From assembly GCA_020697515.1 (NCBI GenBank), contig JAIXNB010000025.1:1-19041 (forward strand): a stretch of DNA of 19,041 nucleotides, in the 5' to 3' direction. The position numbers and the translations under genes were made by a program. Source of the stretch: Nanobdellota archaeon. GTDB taxonomy: Archaea; Nanobdellota; Nanobdellia; Nanobdellales; Nanobdellaceae. Positions within the stretch are counted from its first letter, which is position 1, and every line of letters begins with the position of its first letter. Positions 1 to 8,242 of this stretch are shown here, piece by piece. The notes below the pieces were generated by a model. The model was not told where the DNA came from. It did no database searches and was given only the letters and a program-made list of their open reading frames with translations.

Positions 1-2
1 AT

Positions 3-167
3 AATGCAGATGCTCACTTATTATCAAGTATATTCAAGCAATTTTACATTTTTCCGGTGAAAGATGGAAGAATTATTAGAGGAACTTGGCAAGAGTTGTT
101 TTTGGCAGAGTTCGACGGGCCACGACATAGGAAAGTCGTTGTTGTCGTGATAGGTAACGACAAGTGA
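3..167 (+). CDS. C-terminal fragment of a YjbQ/UPF0047-family protein; the 5' end lies outside the window
   Basis: Frame 3 is open from the window edge and reads NADAHLLSSIFKQFYIFPVKDGRIIRGTWQELFLAEFDGPRHRKVVVVVIGNDK*. The GTWQ..(L/Y)..EFDGPR.R motif is the conserved C-terminus of the YjbQ family. The TGA stop is at 165-167. It is absent from the ORF track because it has no start in the window. Confidence 0.7.
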   Translation, partial: NADAHLLSSIFKQFYIFPVKDGRIIRGTWQELFLAEFDGPRHRKVVVVVIGNDK

Positions 168-604
168 TAATATTAACGAAACATTGCAAAGAGAGAATAA
201 AGAAGAGATTACTTAAAAAGAAGTCTGTAGACCCTTGTATAATATGGAGCTCTGCTATAAATTTCATTAAAAGCAGTAAACGTATAGAGTCTAAGAAGTT
301 TATATATTATACTGATGGAAGAAATACATTAGTAGTTACAAAGAACAAAATTAAAGGTATATCTAGAGAAGAAGCTAAAAGGTTTATACAAGATTTGGAA
401 ATAGATACATTTTGTGTGTTTTTTAACAATAGTGTTGTTAAAATGTCTAAAAAGAACTTACTTAAGATGATTGATCTGAACGACGGTAATTTCATTGTCT
501 CTAAGCATGGTGATATATTTTTTGGGAGGGCACATGTAGCGATAACTTTTAGGCCATCAAAAAGAAAAGAAAGAGGATGGAATATAAATTGTTTGGATTA
601 TTAG
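164..604 (+). CDS. Hypothetical 146-aa protein with a DUF4258-like N-terminus (possible small toxin-like fold)
   Basis: The GTG start overlaps the upstream stop as GTGA. The N-terminal IILTKHCKERIKKR resembles the DUF4258 signature (x-T-x-H-A-x-x-R-[ML]-x-x-R). The later FIYYTDGRNTLVVTKNK fits the beta-strand part of that domain. The remaining ~80 aa have no recognisable motif. Confidence 0.55.
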   Translation: MIILTKHCKERIKKRLLKKKSVDPCIIWSSAINFIKSSKRIESKKFIYYTDGRNTLVVTKNKIKGISREEAKRFIQDLEIDTFCVFFNNSVVKMSKKNLLKMIDLNDGNFIVSKHGDIFFGRAHVAITFRPSKRKERGWNINCLDY

Positions 605-1086
605 CTGAAAATATAGATCCGGATAAAATAGAAAAGGAAGCTGTAGGACTCGCTATAGTATATTCCCAGAATATAAAAAAAGGGCCATATGTGATCTTTG
701 CAGCAAATGAAGGTTATAATGCAATATATAACCCAGGAGGTACTAAAGAAGAAGGGGAAACAGATTTTGAGACATTAAAGAGAGAGTTGAAAGAGGAGTT
801 AAATCTTGAATTGAGCAAAATATCAAAAGAATATATAACTACGTACGCGTACTCCCCAAAGAAAAATACATATTTTGAGGTGAGATCCTACGTTGGTATT
901 GTAAATGGAACTATTAGTTTAAATCCTACCGAGATAGAATCAGCTCTAATATTTAAATACAAGGATGTAGATGAAAACTTGTTAAGATGGTTGAATAAGA
1001 AATATCTGCTTGGGCCTAGTGTTATAGATTGTTTTATCATGAAGAGACAAGAATTAGAAAAAATAATAGCTTCTTTTCGACCATAA
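577..1086 (+). CDS. Nudix hydrolase
   Basis: The Nudix box GX5EX7REUXEEXGU is present as GTKEEGETDFETLKRELKEELNL, with N in place of the last G. The gene overlaps the upstream ORF by 28 nt. Confidence 0.85.
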   Translation: MEYKLFGLLAENIDPDKIEKEAVGLAIVYSQNIKKGPYVIFAANEGYNAIYNPGGTKEEGETDFETLKRELKEELNLELSKISKEYITTYAYSPKKNTYFEVRSYVGIVNGTISLNPTEIESALIFKYKDVDENLLRWLNKKYLLGPSVIDCFIMKRQELEKIIASFRP

Positions 1087-1087
1087 A

Positions 1088-1139
1088 TCAGGTCGTCTCT
1101 CCTTCTTCATTATTCTGACTGGGACAGCCTCTTCATCAA
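1088..1139 (-). ncRNA. Candidate box C/D sRNA (candidate 2)
   Basis: The minus strand reads UUGAUGA (C, 1139-1133), 15 nt, CAGA (D' variant, 1117-1114), AUA, AUGAAGA (C' variant, 1110-1104), 12 nt (AGGAGAGACGAC), CUGA (D, 1091-1088). It lies in the 106-bp spacer between the Nudix and radical SAM genes and is G+C-richer than its surroundings. A TATA-like CTTTATAA sits upstream on the minus strand (1179-1172). Confidence 0.45.
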
Positions 1140-1163
1140 TAATATCAAATATTAACTTAAGAG

Positions 1164-1171
1164 CATTAAAG
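1164..1171 (+). promoter_or_regulatory. TATA-like box (CATTAAAG) for the radical SAM gene
   Basis: Its centre is 25.5 nt upstream of ATG 1193, the same spacing seen at other genes in this window. The match to a TATA consensus is weak. Confidence 0.35.
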
Positions 1172-1179
1172 TTATAAAG
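1172..1179 (-). promoter_or_regulatory. TATA-like box (CTTTATAA on the minus strand) for C/D candidate 2
   Basis: This is a good TATA match. Its centre is about 36 nt upstream of the C box at 1139, which would give a short leader. Confidence 0.35.
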
Positions 1180-1192
1180 ATAAAGCTAAAAA

Positions 1193-2314
1193 ATGAAGGG
1201 AGTACTATATGTAAGAGAAAATGATCATATAACTTGTCTAGCATGTGCAAGGAAATGTAAAATTACAAAAAACCTACATGGATTTTGTGGAGTTAGGTAT
1301 AATTTAAATAATGAACTTATAGTTGCCAATTGGGGACTATTCGTTGCTATAGCAATAGATCCTATAGAGAAAAAACCATTTTATCATTTTTATCCGGGAC
1401 ATTCTGCATTATCCCTTGGAACAGTTGGGTGTTCTTGGGCGTGTAAATATTGCCAAAATTGGGATATATCTCAAAGAAAGCAGTTGATAGGAATAAAGTT
1501 GGAACCAGAAGAAATAGTGAGTATTGCTAAAAGTCGTAAAGAATTATATGATGTTATAACAATAACATTTACCTACAACGAACCCTCAATCTATCCGGAA
1601 TATTCTTATGAAGTTGCAAAAATTGCAAAAAAAGAGGGATTTTATATATCATGGGTCTCCAATGGTTATCTTACGGAAGAAGCTATAGAGTTTGCATCAA
1701 AATTTCTAGACGCAATCACGATAGATATAAAAGGAAATGCTAATCCGAGGTTTGCGAAGAAATATATTCTAATAAATAATTATGAACCAGTGTTGGAGGC
1801 TCTTGAAGAATTGTATAAGAAGGGAGTTCACATAGAAATTACAGATTTGGTTATACCAAAAATTGGAGATAGATTAGAAGATGCTAGGAATTTATCTAAG
1901 CGTATTCATGATATTATGGGAGATAATAGTAATATTCATTTTCTAAGATTCTACCCTAATTATAAATTGAGTGATATTCCACCAACATCTATAAACATAT
2001 TAGAAAAACACACTCAAGTTGCAAAAGAAGAAGGTATCTCATATGTATATATAGGGAACGTGCTAGGACACAAGCTAGAGCATACATATTGTCCAGAGTG
2101 TGGAAATATTGTTATTAAGAGGTATGGCTTTTTAGTTGACGAAGTAAACATTGGTAAAAACAATAGGTGTAAATTCTGTGGGTACAAATTGTATTTGGAG
2201 GGTCATGCTAAAAGATCTAGAATAACTTCTCCAATGTACATTGAGACAAATAAGATTCCAATTATGCGAAAAATTGTAGACTCAGAAATAGTAGAAGTGA
2301 AATTATCAAATTAG
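1193..2314 (+). CDS. Radical SAM enzyme, AmmeMemoRadiSam-system type (PflA-like activase family)
   Basis: The CX3CX2C cluster is CSWACKYC. The N-terminal LACARKCKI..HGFCGVR and the C-terminal zinc ribbon CPECG...CKFCG are typical of AmrS-type radical SAM proteins. Confidence 0.88.
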   Translation: MKGVLYVRENDHITCLACARKCKITKNLHGFCGVRYNLNNELIVANWGLFVAIAIDPIEKKPFYHFYPGHSALSLGTVGCSWACKYCQNWDISQRKQLIGIKLEPEEIVSIAKSRKELYDVITITFTYNEPSIYPEYSYEVAKIAKKEGFYISWVSNGYLTEEAIEFASKFLDAITIDIKGNANPRFAKKYILINNYEPVLEALEELYKKGVHIEITDLVIPKIGDRLEDARNLSKRIHDIMGDNSNIHFLRFYPNYKLSDIPPTSINILEKHTQVAKEEGISYVYIGNVLGHKLEHTYCPECGNIVIKRYGFLVDEVNIGKNNRCKFCGYKLYLEGHAKRSRITSPMYIETNKIPIMRKIVDSEIVEVKLSN

Positions 2315-2327
2315 CAACACTATTATC

Positions 2328-2333
2328 TTTTTT
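2328..2333 (+). terminator. Oligo-T tract (T6) downstream of the radical SAM gene
   Basis: It lies 14 nt after the stop codon. Archaeal terminators are oligo-T runs. Confidence 0.4.
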
Positions 2334-2436
2334 AGCTATGGTATGATGTTCTTTCGTGTTTAAGGATACTTACATAAATAAAATAAAATTATAATTACTA
2401 TATTTATATTTTTAATTAGTTAGACATAAGCAATTC

Positions 2437-2444
2437 TTAAAATA
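2437..2444 (+). promoter_or_regulatory. TATA box (TTAAAATA) for the AIM24-family gene
   Basis: Its centre is 25.5 nt upstream of ATG 2466. Confidence 0.5.
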
Positions 2445-2465
2445 GTTAAAAATTATTTAAATACA

Positions 2466-3167
2466 ATGAACTGGAGAAAATGTTTTGATCCTAGTTACAC
2501 AATAATAGAGATAGATTTGGAACCAGGTGAAGAGTTGTATGCAGAACCTGGCGCATTTATCATGGGTAGCGGTAATTATGAAGTAGAATTAACCTTATCT
2601 TCCTCAAAAGAGGAGGGTCTATTTACATCAATACTAAATGCTGCTCAACGTAAAATTGCTGGTGGAGAGTCTGCATTTTTTGTAAGATACAGAGCGATAG
2701 ATAGAACAACACTATTTTTGGGCCCAGGTGATTCTGAACCAGGTGATATAATATATGTTCCAGTACAAAGTGGTATAATTGTTAAATCTGGAAAATATGT
2801 AGCACACTATGGAGATATACAAACTTCAATAGCTTTAGTTTACGCCGGCTATTTCCAAGTGAGTGGGGATGTAACCTGGCTTAATTTGATAGGAAATGGA
2901 GGTGCATGGATAAGTGGGAAAGGAGGTCTTCTTAGAATAGATTTAGCACCTGGGCAAACAGTATATGTCGATGAAGAACACATAGTAGGGTTCTCTCAGG
3001 ATATCCGATATGATATAAAATTATTTTCAGATATTTACGGAAAGGATAAGGGAGTTATTGATTTTGTAAAAAAAGCTGCAAAAGCATTAGCCACTACACA
3101 CTTTAGCAGAGAGGGAGTTATATTTAGATTTACCGGTCCTGGAAGTGTAATAATCCAAACTCGCTGA
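2466..3167 (+). CDS. AIM24/DUF124 (TIGR00266) family protein
   Basis: It has the family-typical pattern IEIDLEPGEELYAEPGAF, GGESAFFVRY, LAPGQTVYVDEEHIVGF and a C-terminal FRFTGPGSVIIQT. Confidence 0.8.
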   Translation: MNWRKCFDPSYTIIEIDLEPGEELYAEPGAFIMGSGNYEVELTLSSSKEEGLFTSILNAAQRKIAGGESAFFVRYRAIDRTTLFLGPGDSEPGDIIYVPVQSGIIVKSGKYVAHYGDIQTSIALVYAGYFQVSGDVTWLNLIGNGGAWISGKGGLLRIDLAPGQTVYVDEEHIVGFSQDIRYDIKLFSDIYGKDKGVIDFVKKAAKALATTHFSREGVIFRFTGPGSVIIQTR

Positions 3168-3181
3168 AACGTGCAAATATC

Positions 3182-3186
3182 TTTTT
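3182..3186 (+). terminator. Oligo-T tract (T5, followed by ATTTT) downstream of the AIM24-family gene
   Basis: It lies 15 nt after the stop codon. Confidence 0.3.
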
Positions 3187-3285
3187 ATTTTAATATTTAA
3201 TAAAATACATTCGGGGTCTTAATTGGAATGACAGGGAGATATATGTATTTATCCTGATATTTAAACAAGACTCCAACGAGACTAT

Positions 3286-3293
3286 TTTATAAA
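3286..3293 (+). promoter_or_regulatory. TATA box (TTTATAAA) for the EF-2 gene
   Basis: Its centre is 25.5 nt upstream of ATG 3315, which implies a leaderless mRNA. Confidence 0.55.
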
Positions 3294-3314
3294 TGTTATT
3301 TTTAATGTTGTTCC

Positions 3315-5516
3315 ATGGATCTTACTAAGAAAGTCTTGGAACTCATGAATAAACCAGAGCAGATAAGAAACATAGGGATTGTAGCACACATACACCATGG
3401 GAAAACAACACTAACAGATAATTTACTGGCAGGAGCAGGTATGCTCGCTGCAGACTTAGCTGGAGAGGCCATGTTTACATGGTGGCACGAAACAGAGAAA
3501 GAGAGAGAGATGACTGTGTATGGTGCAGCAGTGTCTATGGTTCATAACTACGAGAGTAGAGACTATTTAGTTAATTTAGTGGATACTCCAGGTCACGTTG
3601 AATTCTCAGGACAAGTTACAAGAGCCTGTAGAGCTATAGATGGTGCGATAGTAGTTGTAGATTTTGTAGATGGAGTAATGCCACAAACAGAATCAGTTTT
3701 AAGGACTGCTTTGAGAGAGTATGTTAAGCCTGTTTTATTCATCAATAAAACAGATAGAGCCATAACAGAACTGAAACTTCCTCCTGAGAAGATTATGGAA
3801 AGAATAGGAAAAATAGTGATAGAAGTTAATAAACTAATTGAGAAATATTCTCCACCAGAATTCAAAGATAAATGGAAGGTAAATGTAATGGACGGTTCTG
3901 TTGCATTCGGATCTGCTAAGTACCACTGGGCTCTGTCCGTACCTTACATGAAGAAATATGGTGTTTCTTTCAAAGACGTAATAAAAGTATATAAAGAAGC
4001 GGGAGAAGATAGGGAAAAATTAAAGGAGCTAGTAAGAAAGATTGCGCCAGTACATAAAGTTGTTTTAGATATGGTTGTGAGACATCTACCCTCTCCGAAA
4101 GAAGCACAGAAATATAGAATTAAGCAGATATGGAAAGGAGATTTGGAATCTCCATTAGGACAAGCAATGGTGAATTTAGATCCAAATGGTCCTGTAATGA
4201 TAAATGTTACAAATGTTATAATTGATAAGGTATCAAAGCAGGAGATCGCAACTGCAAGAATATTCTCCGGAACTCTTAAAAGAGGAGATGAGGTCTACCT
4301 GATGCGTGCTGGAAGAAAAGTGAAAGTACAACAGTTAGCAGTATGGAAGGGTATTCAAAGATTGCCTGTAGAAGAGGTAAAAGCAGGAAATATCATTGCT
4401 TTAGTTGGTATAAAAGGTCTGTATCCTGGTGAAACAATAATATCTACAAATCTGGATCCAAAGAGTGTGGAGCCATTTGAAGAGATAAGACATTGGTTAG
4501 AACCAGTAGTTACTAAATCCTTTGAACCGCAAAACCCTAATGACTTACCCAAATTAATAGAAGTATTAAAGTTAATAGAAAAAGAGGACCCTACAATAAA
4601 AGTAGAAGTGAATCAGGAAACTGGAGAGATTCTTGTATCTGGTTTGGGAGACCTGCATCTACAAATAATTGAATATAGAGTAGCTAATGATTTTGGAATA
4701 AAAATAAAAACTGGACAACCGATAGTAGTTTATAGAGAGTCCGTTGAGAAGACTTCTGAAGTAGTAGAAGGTAAATCTCCAAACAAACACAATAAATTCT
4801 ATGTTATTGTAGAACCCCTGGATCCAAAGTTCTTTAAGAAGCTTAGGGAGGCTATAAGAAATGGCGAAATTCCAGAAGGTAGAATTAAGAAAGATGATAT
4901 CTGGAAGAAACTTGTAGATCTCGGTATGGATAAAGAGGAAGCTAGGAGAGTTCAAATGGTCCATCGAGATAGCATATTTATAGATATGACTAGAGGTATT
5001 GTGTATCTACCAGAGGTCATAGAGTATGTTTTAGAAGGTTTCAAACAAGTTATGGATCAAGGACCAATAGCATGGGAGCCTTGTATAATGCTAAAAGTAA
5101 AACTAGTTGATGCTGTATTGCATGAGGATCCTATACATAGGGGTCCTGCTCAAGTAATACCTGCTGTTAAAGAGGCTATAAAGCAAGCAATATTACAAAA
5201 TCCAGTATTATACGAACCTGTACAGATAGTAAGAATTGATGTTCCACCGGATTACATAGGAGATGTTTCTTCGCTAGTTTCAGCCAGGAGAGGACAAATA
5301 TTGGATATGCAAATAGATGAAGAGAGAGGGGTGATAAAAGCAAAAATCCCAGTAGCAAATATGTTTGGATTTACAGATGAATTAAGAAGTGTTACTAACG
5401 GAAGAGGAGTATGGTTTTTAGAGGATCAAGTATTTGAAAAAGTTCCAAAAGATTTGTATGATCAGGTAGTTAGGTCTATAAGACAGAGAAAGGGTATACC
5501 AGAGGGTGTTCATTAA
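3315..5516 (+). CDS. fusA: Translation elongation factor 2 (aEF-2)
   Basis: GTPase motifs are AHIHHGKTT, DTPGHVEF and NKTDR. The archaeal EF-2 blocks PSPKEAQKYRI and GKSPNKHNKFYV are present. The diphthamide-site block HEDPIHRGPAQVIPA is present. Confidence 0.97.
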   Translation: MDLTKKVLELMNKPEQIRNIGIVAHIHHGKTTLTDNLLAGAGMLAADLAGEAMFTWWHETEKEREMTVYGAAVSMVHNYESRDYLVNLVDTPGHVEFSGQVTRACRAIDGAIVVVDFVDGVMPQTESVLRTALREYVKPVLFINKTDRAITELKLPPEKIMERIGKIVIEVNKLIEKYSPPEFKDKWKVNVMDGSVAFGSAKYHWALSVPYMKKYGVSFKDVIKVYKEAGEDREKLKELVRKIAPVHKVVLDMVVRHLPSPKEAQKYRIKQIWKGDLESPLGQAMVNLDPNGPVMINVTNVIIDKVSKQEIATARIFSGTLKRGDEVYLMRAGRKVKVQQLAVWKGIQRLPVEEVKAGNIIALVGIKGLYPGETIISTNLDPKSVEPFEEIRHWLEPVVTKSFEPQNPNDLPKLIEVLKLIEKEDPTIKVEVNQETGEILVSGLGDLHLQIIEYRVANDFGIKIKTGQPIVVYRESVEKTSEVVEGKSPNKHNKFYVIVEPLDPKFFKKLREAIRNGEIPEGRIKKDDIWKKLVDLGMDKEEARRVQMVHRDSIFIDMTRGIVYLPEVIEYVLEGFKQVMDQGPIAWEPCIMLKVKLVDAVLHEDPIHRGPAQVIPAVKEAIKQAILQNPVLYEPVQIVRIDVPPDYIGDVSSLVSARRGQILDMQIDEERGVIKAKIPVANMFGFTDELRSVTNGRGVWFLEDQVFEKVPKDLYDQVVRSIRQRKGIPEGVH

Positions 5517-5532
5517 CAACTAAGCTCTCCTA

Positions 5533-5545
5533 TTTTTTGTTTTTT
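5533..5545 (+). terminator. Double oligo-T tract (T6-G-T6) downstream of the EF-2 gene
   Basis: TTTTTTGTTTTTT begins 17 nt after the stop codon. Confidence 0.55.
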
Positions 5546-5592
5546 GTGCGATTTAGAGGCGCTTTTTACCACATTTTCTTAGGTTAATTTAG

Positions 5593-5600
5593 TTAAAAAT
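5593..5600 (+). promoter_or_regulatory. TATA-like box (TTAAAAAT) for tmk
   Basis: Its centre is 23.5 nt upstream of ATG 5620. Confidence 0.4.
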
Positions 5601-5619
5601 CTAGTTGGTATAGAACTCT

Positions 5620-6210
5620 ATGCTGATAGTTTTGGAAGGAATAGATGGATCCGGGAAATCCTCGATAGCTCAGCTTTTAAAAGAGGAATTGGAAAAGCGT
5701 AAGTACAAAATATGGTTAACAAAAGAGCCGACAAAAGGCCCAATAGGTAGGTTAATTAGAGAGTTTTTAGCAAAAGGCCATAAATTAAATGAGAACTGGG
5801 GGAGAGTAATGGCCTTACTTTTTGCAGCGGATAGATACTATCATCAAGAGGAAATAAAAGAAAAGATTAGGCAAGGTTATATTATTATAAGTGATAGATA
5901 CTATCATTCTACATTTGCCTATCAACCAAATTATCCTGGAACGACAATAGAATGGATTAGAGAATTACATAGATACCTAGAAAAACCGGACTATGTTTTT
6001 ATATTAGATATTCCCGTTGAATTGGCGATAGAAAGAATGTCGGATAGAAAAAAAAGACATATGTATGAAAAAAAGGAGTTTTTAGAAAAAGTTAGATATA
6101 ATTACCTAAGACTAAAAGAGATTTTACCTAATGAGAATATAATATATATAAGCAATGATAGATTGCCTGAGGAGACAGTTAAAGAAATACTAAAAATATT
6201 AAAGCTATGA
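5620..6210 (+). CDS. tmk: Thymidylate kinase
   Basis: The P-loop is LEGIDGSGKSS. The DRY motif is (I)SDRYYHST, followed by a lid region. The length is typical at 196 aa. Confidence 0.93.
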   Translation: MLIVLEGIDGSGKSSIAQLLKEELEKRKYKIWLTKEPTKGPIGRLIREFLAKGHKLNENWGRVMALLFAADRYYHQEEIKEKIRQGYIIISDRYYHSTFAYQPNYPGTTIEWIRELHRYLEKPDYVFILDIPVELAIERMSDRKKRHMYEKKEFLEKVRYNYLRLKEILPNENIIYISNDRLPEETVKEILKILKL

Positions 6211-7974
6211 TATATTTTCTTCCTTTAACTTTTTATAGACGTTGTATAACTCCCTTCCTAGTTCCCTCTCTCTCTGTTTAACCTTACTACAAGTGTTTTT
6301 GACGATTTCTATAGTTTCCTCAATAACTTTAGTCTTTAAATTCAAGTTTCCTTTTTCTATTTTTTCTATATTCTCTTCCAGTTTCCTAGTTAAAATAATA
6401 TCCAGAATATCTGGTAGATATTTATCGAAAATCTCTATAATTTTCTCCCCAAGTTCTGTTATCTTGATGGATCTTCCTTTTATATAGTTCCGCTTATATA
6501 AAGTTTGTACTATTTCTGCTCTAGTGGTCTTGGTCCCAATCTTAATTTCCTCCATCTTTCTCACAAGGCTAGCAGGATTATATCTAGCAGGAGGTCTGGT
6601 TTTTCTCTTTTGCATCTGGATCTTAATAACTGGCAGTCTCTCCCCAATATTAAATTCTATGTCTTTAAACTCGTTCTTAAGCCAAAGCCAATAAACCAAC
6701 ATCCACCCCTTGTACCTAACCTTTTTATAATCATAATAAAAGTCTTCTTCTGTAGTTACATACATTTTCTCAATAACTGCGTGATCCATGAATGTAGCAA
6801 GAAATCTTCGCGCAACTAAATCATAAATCAACCATTCTCTTTTAGATAAACTTTTTGGAATAATACCTGTTGGATGTATTGCAGGGTGAATGTCATATTT
6901 TTTACCATTATTGGGTTTTAAAGTACTCTTTCTTAACAAGAGTATAGAGAATATTCTATATGATAATACTTTTTTTAAGTTGTTTATAATATATCTAAAA
7001 TCAATCGTTTCAGGCAACTTTTGTGAGGAAGTTCTAGGATATGATATATAACCATTTTCATATAACCTCTGAGCAATCTCTAATGTTTGTTTTGGGGTAA
7101 TTTTGTAGAATTTATATGCATCTGTTTGTAGGTCTGTCAGATTGTATGGATGTGGAGGCATCAATTTTTCTTCTATGGTCTTAATGCTTTTTACAGTTAG
7201 ATAACTTCCTATTTTCTTTTTTACTCCCGATGCCTCTTCTTTTGATTTGAATTTATCTCTAATATGTTTAAATTTAATAATATTATTCTCTTTTTTTGTA
7301 TTGATATATAGAACATAATACTCTTCTGGGATAAAATTTCTTATTTCTATTTCTCGTTCAAATATTAATTTAAGTGTTGGGCCTTGAACTCTCCCTATAC
7401 TCAATGTAACTCTTTTTAAATAATGTCTAATCGCATGAGTAAGAGCCCTAGATAAATTTATCCCATATAGCCAATCTATTATATGCCGAGTCTCTCCTGC
7501 TATTGCAAAGTTTAAGGAGATGGTACTCGATTTATTATAAAACGCTCTTAGAATATCCTTAGGTGTTATTGCTGAAAATATCATTCTATAGCTATTTTTT
7601 CTACCTAATGCGAATCTCAAGATATTATAACCAATTAATTCACCCTCTATATCATAATCTGTAGCTACTATTATATAATTCTCATTTTTAAATTTTTTGA
7701 TTAACTCAATATAGTACTTCTTGGCAGTTATTTTATCCTCAATGTATGCCGGAACCCATCTGTAGCTGAAAGTAGGGTATCTCCAACCGCTATTTTTGTC
7801 GGATAATGTATATAGGTGTCCAAGTGCAGAGACAACATAAAAAGTTTCATTATTTAAAGTAAAAGAGTAGTATCTAACTTTGCGCTTATATGTATAATAT
7901 CTAAATTCACCTTTTGATAGGAACTGCGTAATTTTCCTAGCAACGGATGGTTTTTCAGCAATAATCAGAGCCAT
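6205..7974 (-). CDS. topA: Type IA DNA topoisomerase (Topo I/III-like), core enzyme only
   Basis: Toprim motifs are IIAEKPSVA and ATDYDIEGE. SIGRVQGPTL is present. The active-site tyrosine block is GYISYPRTSS. There is no C-terminal zinc-finger region. The gene overlaps tmk convergently by 6 nt. Confidence 0.93.
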   Translation of the reverse strand: MALIIAEKPSVARKITQFLSKGEFRYYTYKRKVRYYSFTLNNETFYVVSALGHLYTLSDKNSGWRYPTFSYRWVPAYIEDKITAKKYYIELIKKFKNENYIIVATDYDIEGELIGYNILRFALGRKNSYRMIFSAITPKDILRAFYNKSSTISLNFAIAGETRHIIDWLYGINLSRALTHAIRHYLKRVTLSIGRVQGPTLKLIFEREIEIRNFIPEEYYVLYINTKKENNIIKFKHIRDKFKSKEEASGVKKKIGSYLTVKSIKTIEEKLMPPHPYNLTDLQTDAYKFYKITPKQTLEIAQRLYENGYISYPRTSSQKLPETIDFRYIINNLKKVLSYRIFSILLLRKSTLKPNNGKKYDIHPAIHPTGIIPKSLSKREWLIYDLVARRFLATFMDHAVIEKMYVTTEEDFYYDYKKVRYKGWMLVYWLWLKNEFKDIEFNIGERLPVIKIQMQKRKTRPPARYNPASLVRKMEEIKIGTKTTRAEIVQTLYKRNYIKGRSIKITELGEKIIEIFDKYLPDILDIILTRKLEENIEKIEKGNLNLKTKVIEETIEIVKNTCSKVKQRERELGRELYNVYKKLKEENIS

Positions 7975-8242
7975 TTTGTCTTCAAATTTGATAATAGCTA
8001 GTTAATAACAAATATCGCAAAGACTTTTATTATGCTATTTATTCTTACATCTTTAGAAACAGATATATTTCCAAAATTCCTAACATTGATATGGAATGTT
8101 GTCTCTATCATATTTTCAAAAACCTTCAATAAAAAGTTATGTACTATTGTTACAACTCTCATAATAATAGTATACTCTACAAGAGTTTCTTTAGAGACCA
8201 CAGTACATATGTTTGAATGAAACTTTTAGAACAATTATCTAC

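Noticed and set aside
76-495. Minus-strand ORFs 76..267 and 307..495
   Set aside because: They are antisense to the YjbQ C-terminus and to the 146-aa ORF. They have no motifs, and the plus-strand frames are linked by a GTGA overlap and have better support.
3593-5358. Four minus-strand ORFs inside the EF-2 gene (3593..3865, 4355..4552, 4659..4964, 5176..5358)
   Set aside because: They are entirely antisense to an unambiguous aEF-2 coding frame and have no recognisable motifs.
6242-6819. Two plus-strand ORFs (81 aa and 104 aa) inside the topoisomerase gene
   Set aside because: They are antisense to the well-supported type IA topoisomerase frame and have a low-complexity S/L/F/I composition.
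7998-8220. Mutually antisense small ORFs (67 aa on the minus strand with a GTG start; 62 aa on the plus strand with an ATG start) in the 268-bp spacer between topA and tRNA-Leu
   Set aside because: Only one can be real at most. Neither has a motif. Both have a TATA-like box at a plausible distance, which in AT-rich DNA does not discriminate. I left them uncalled. Conservation or Ribo-seq would decide. The spacer is nevertheless longer than average.
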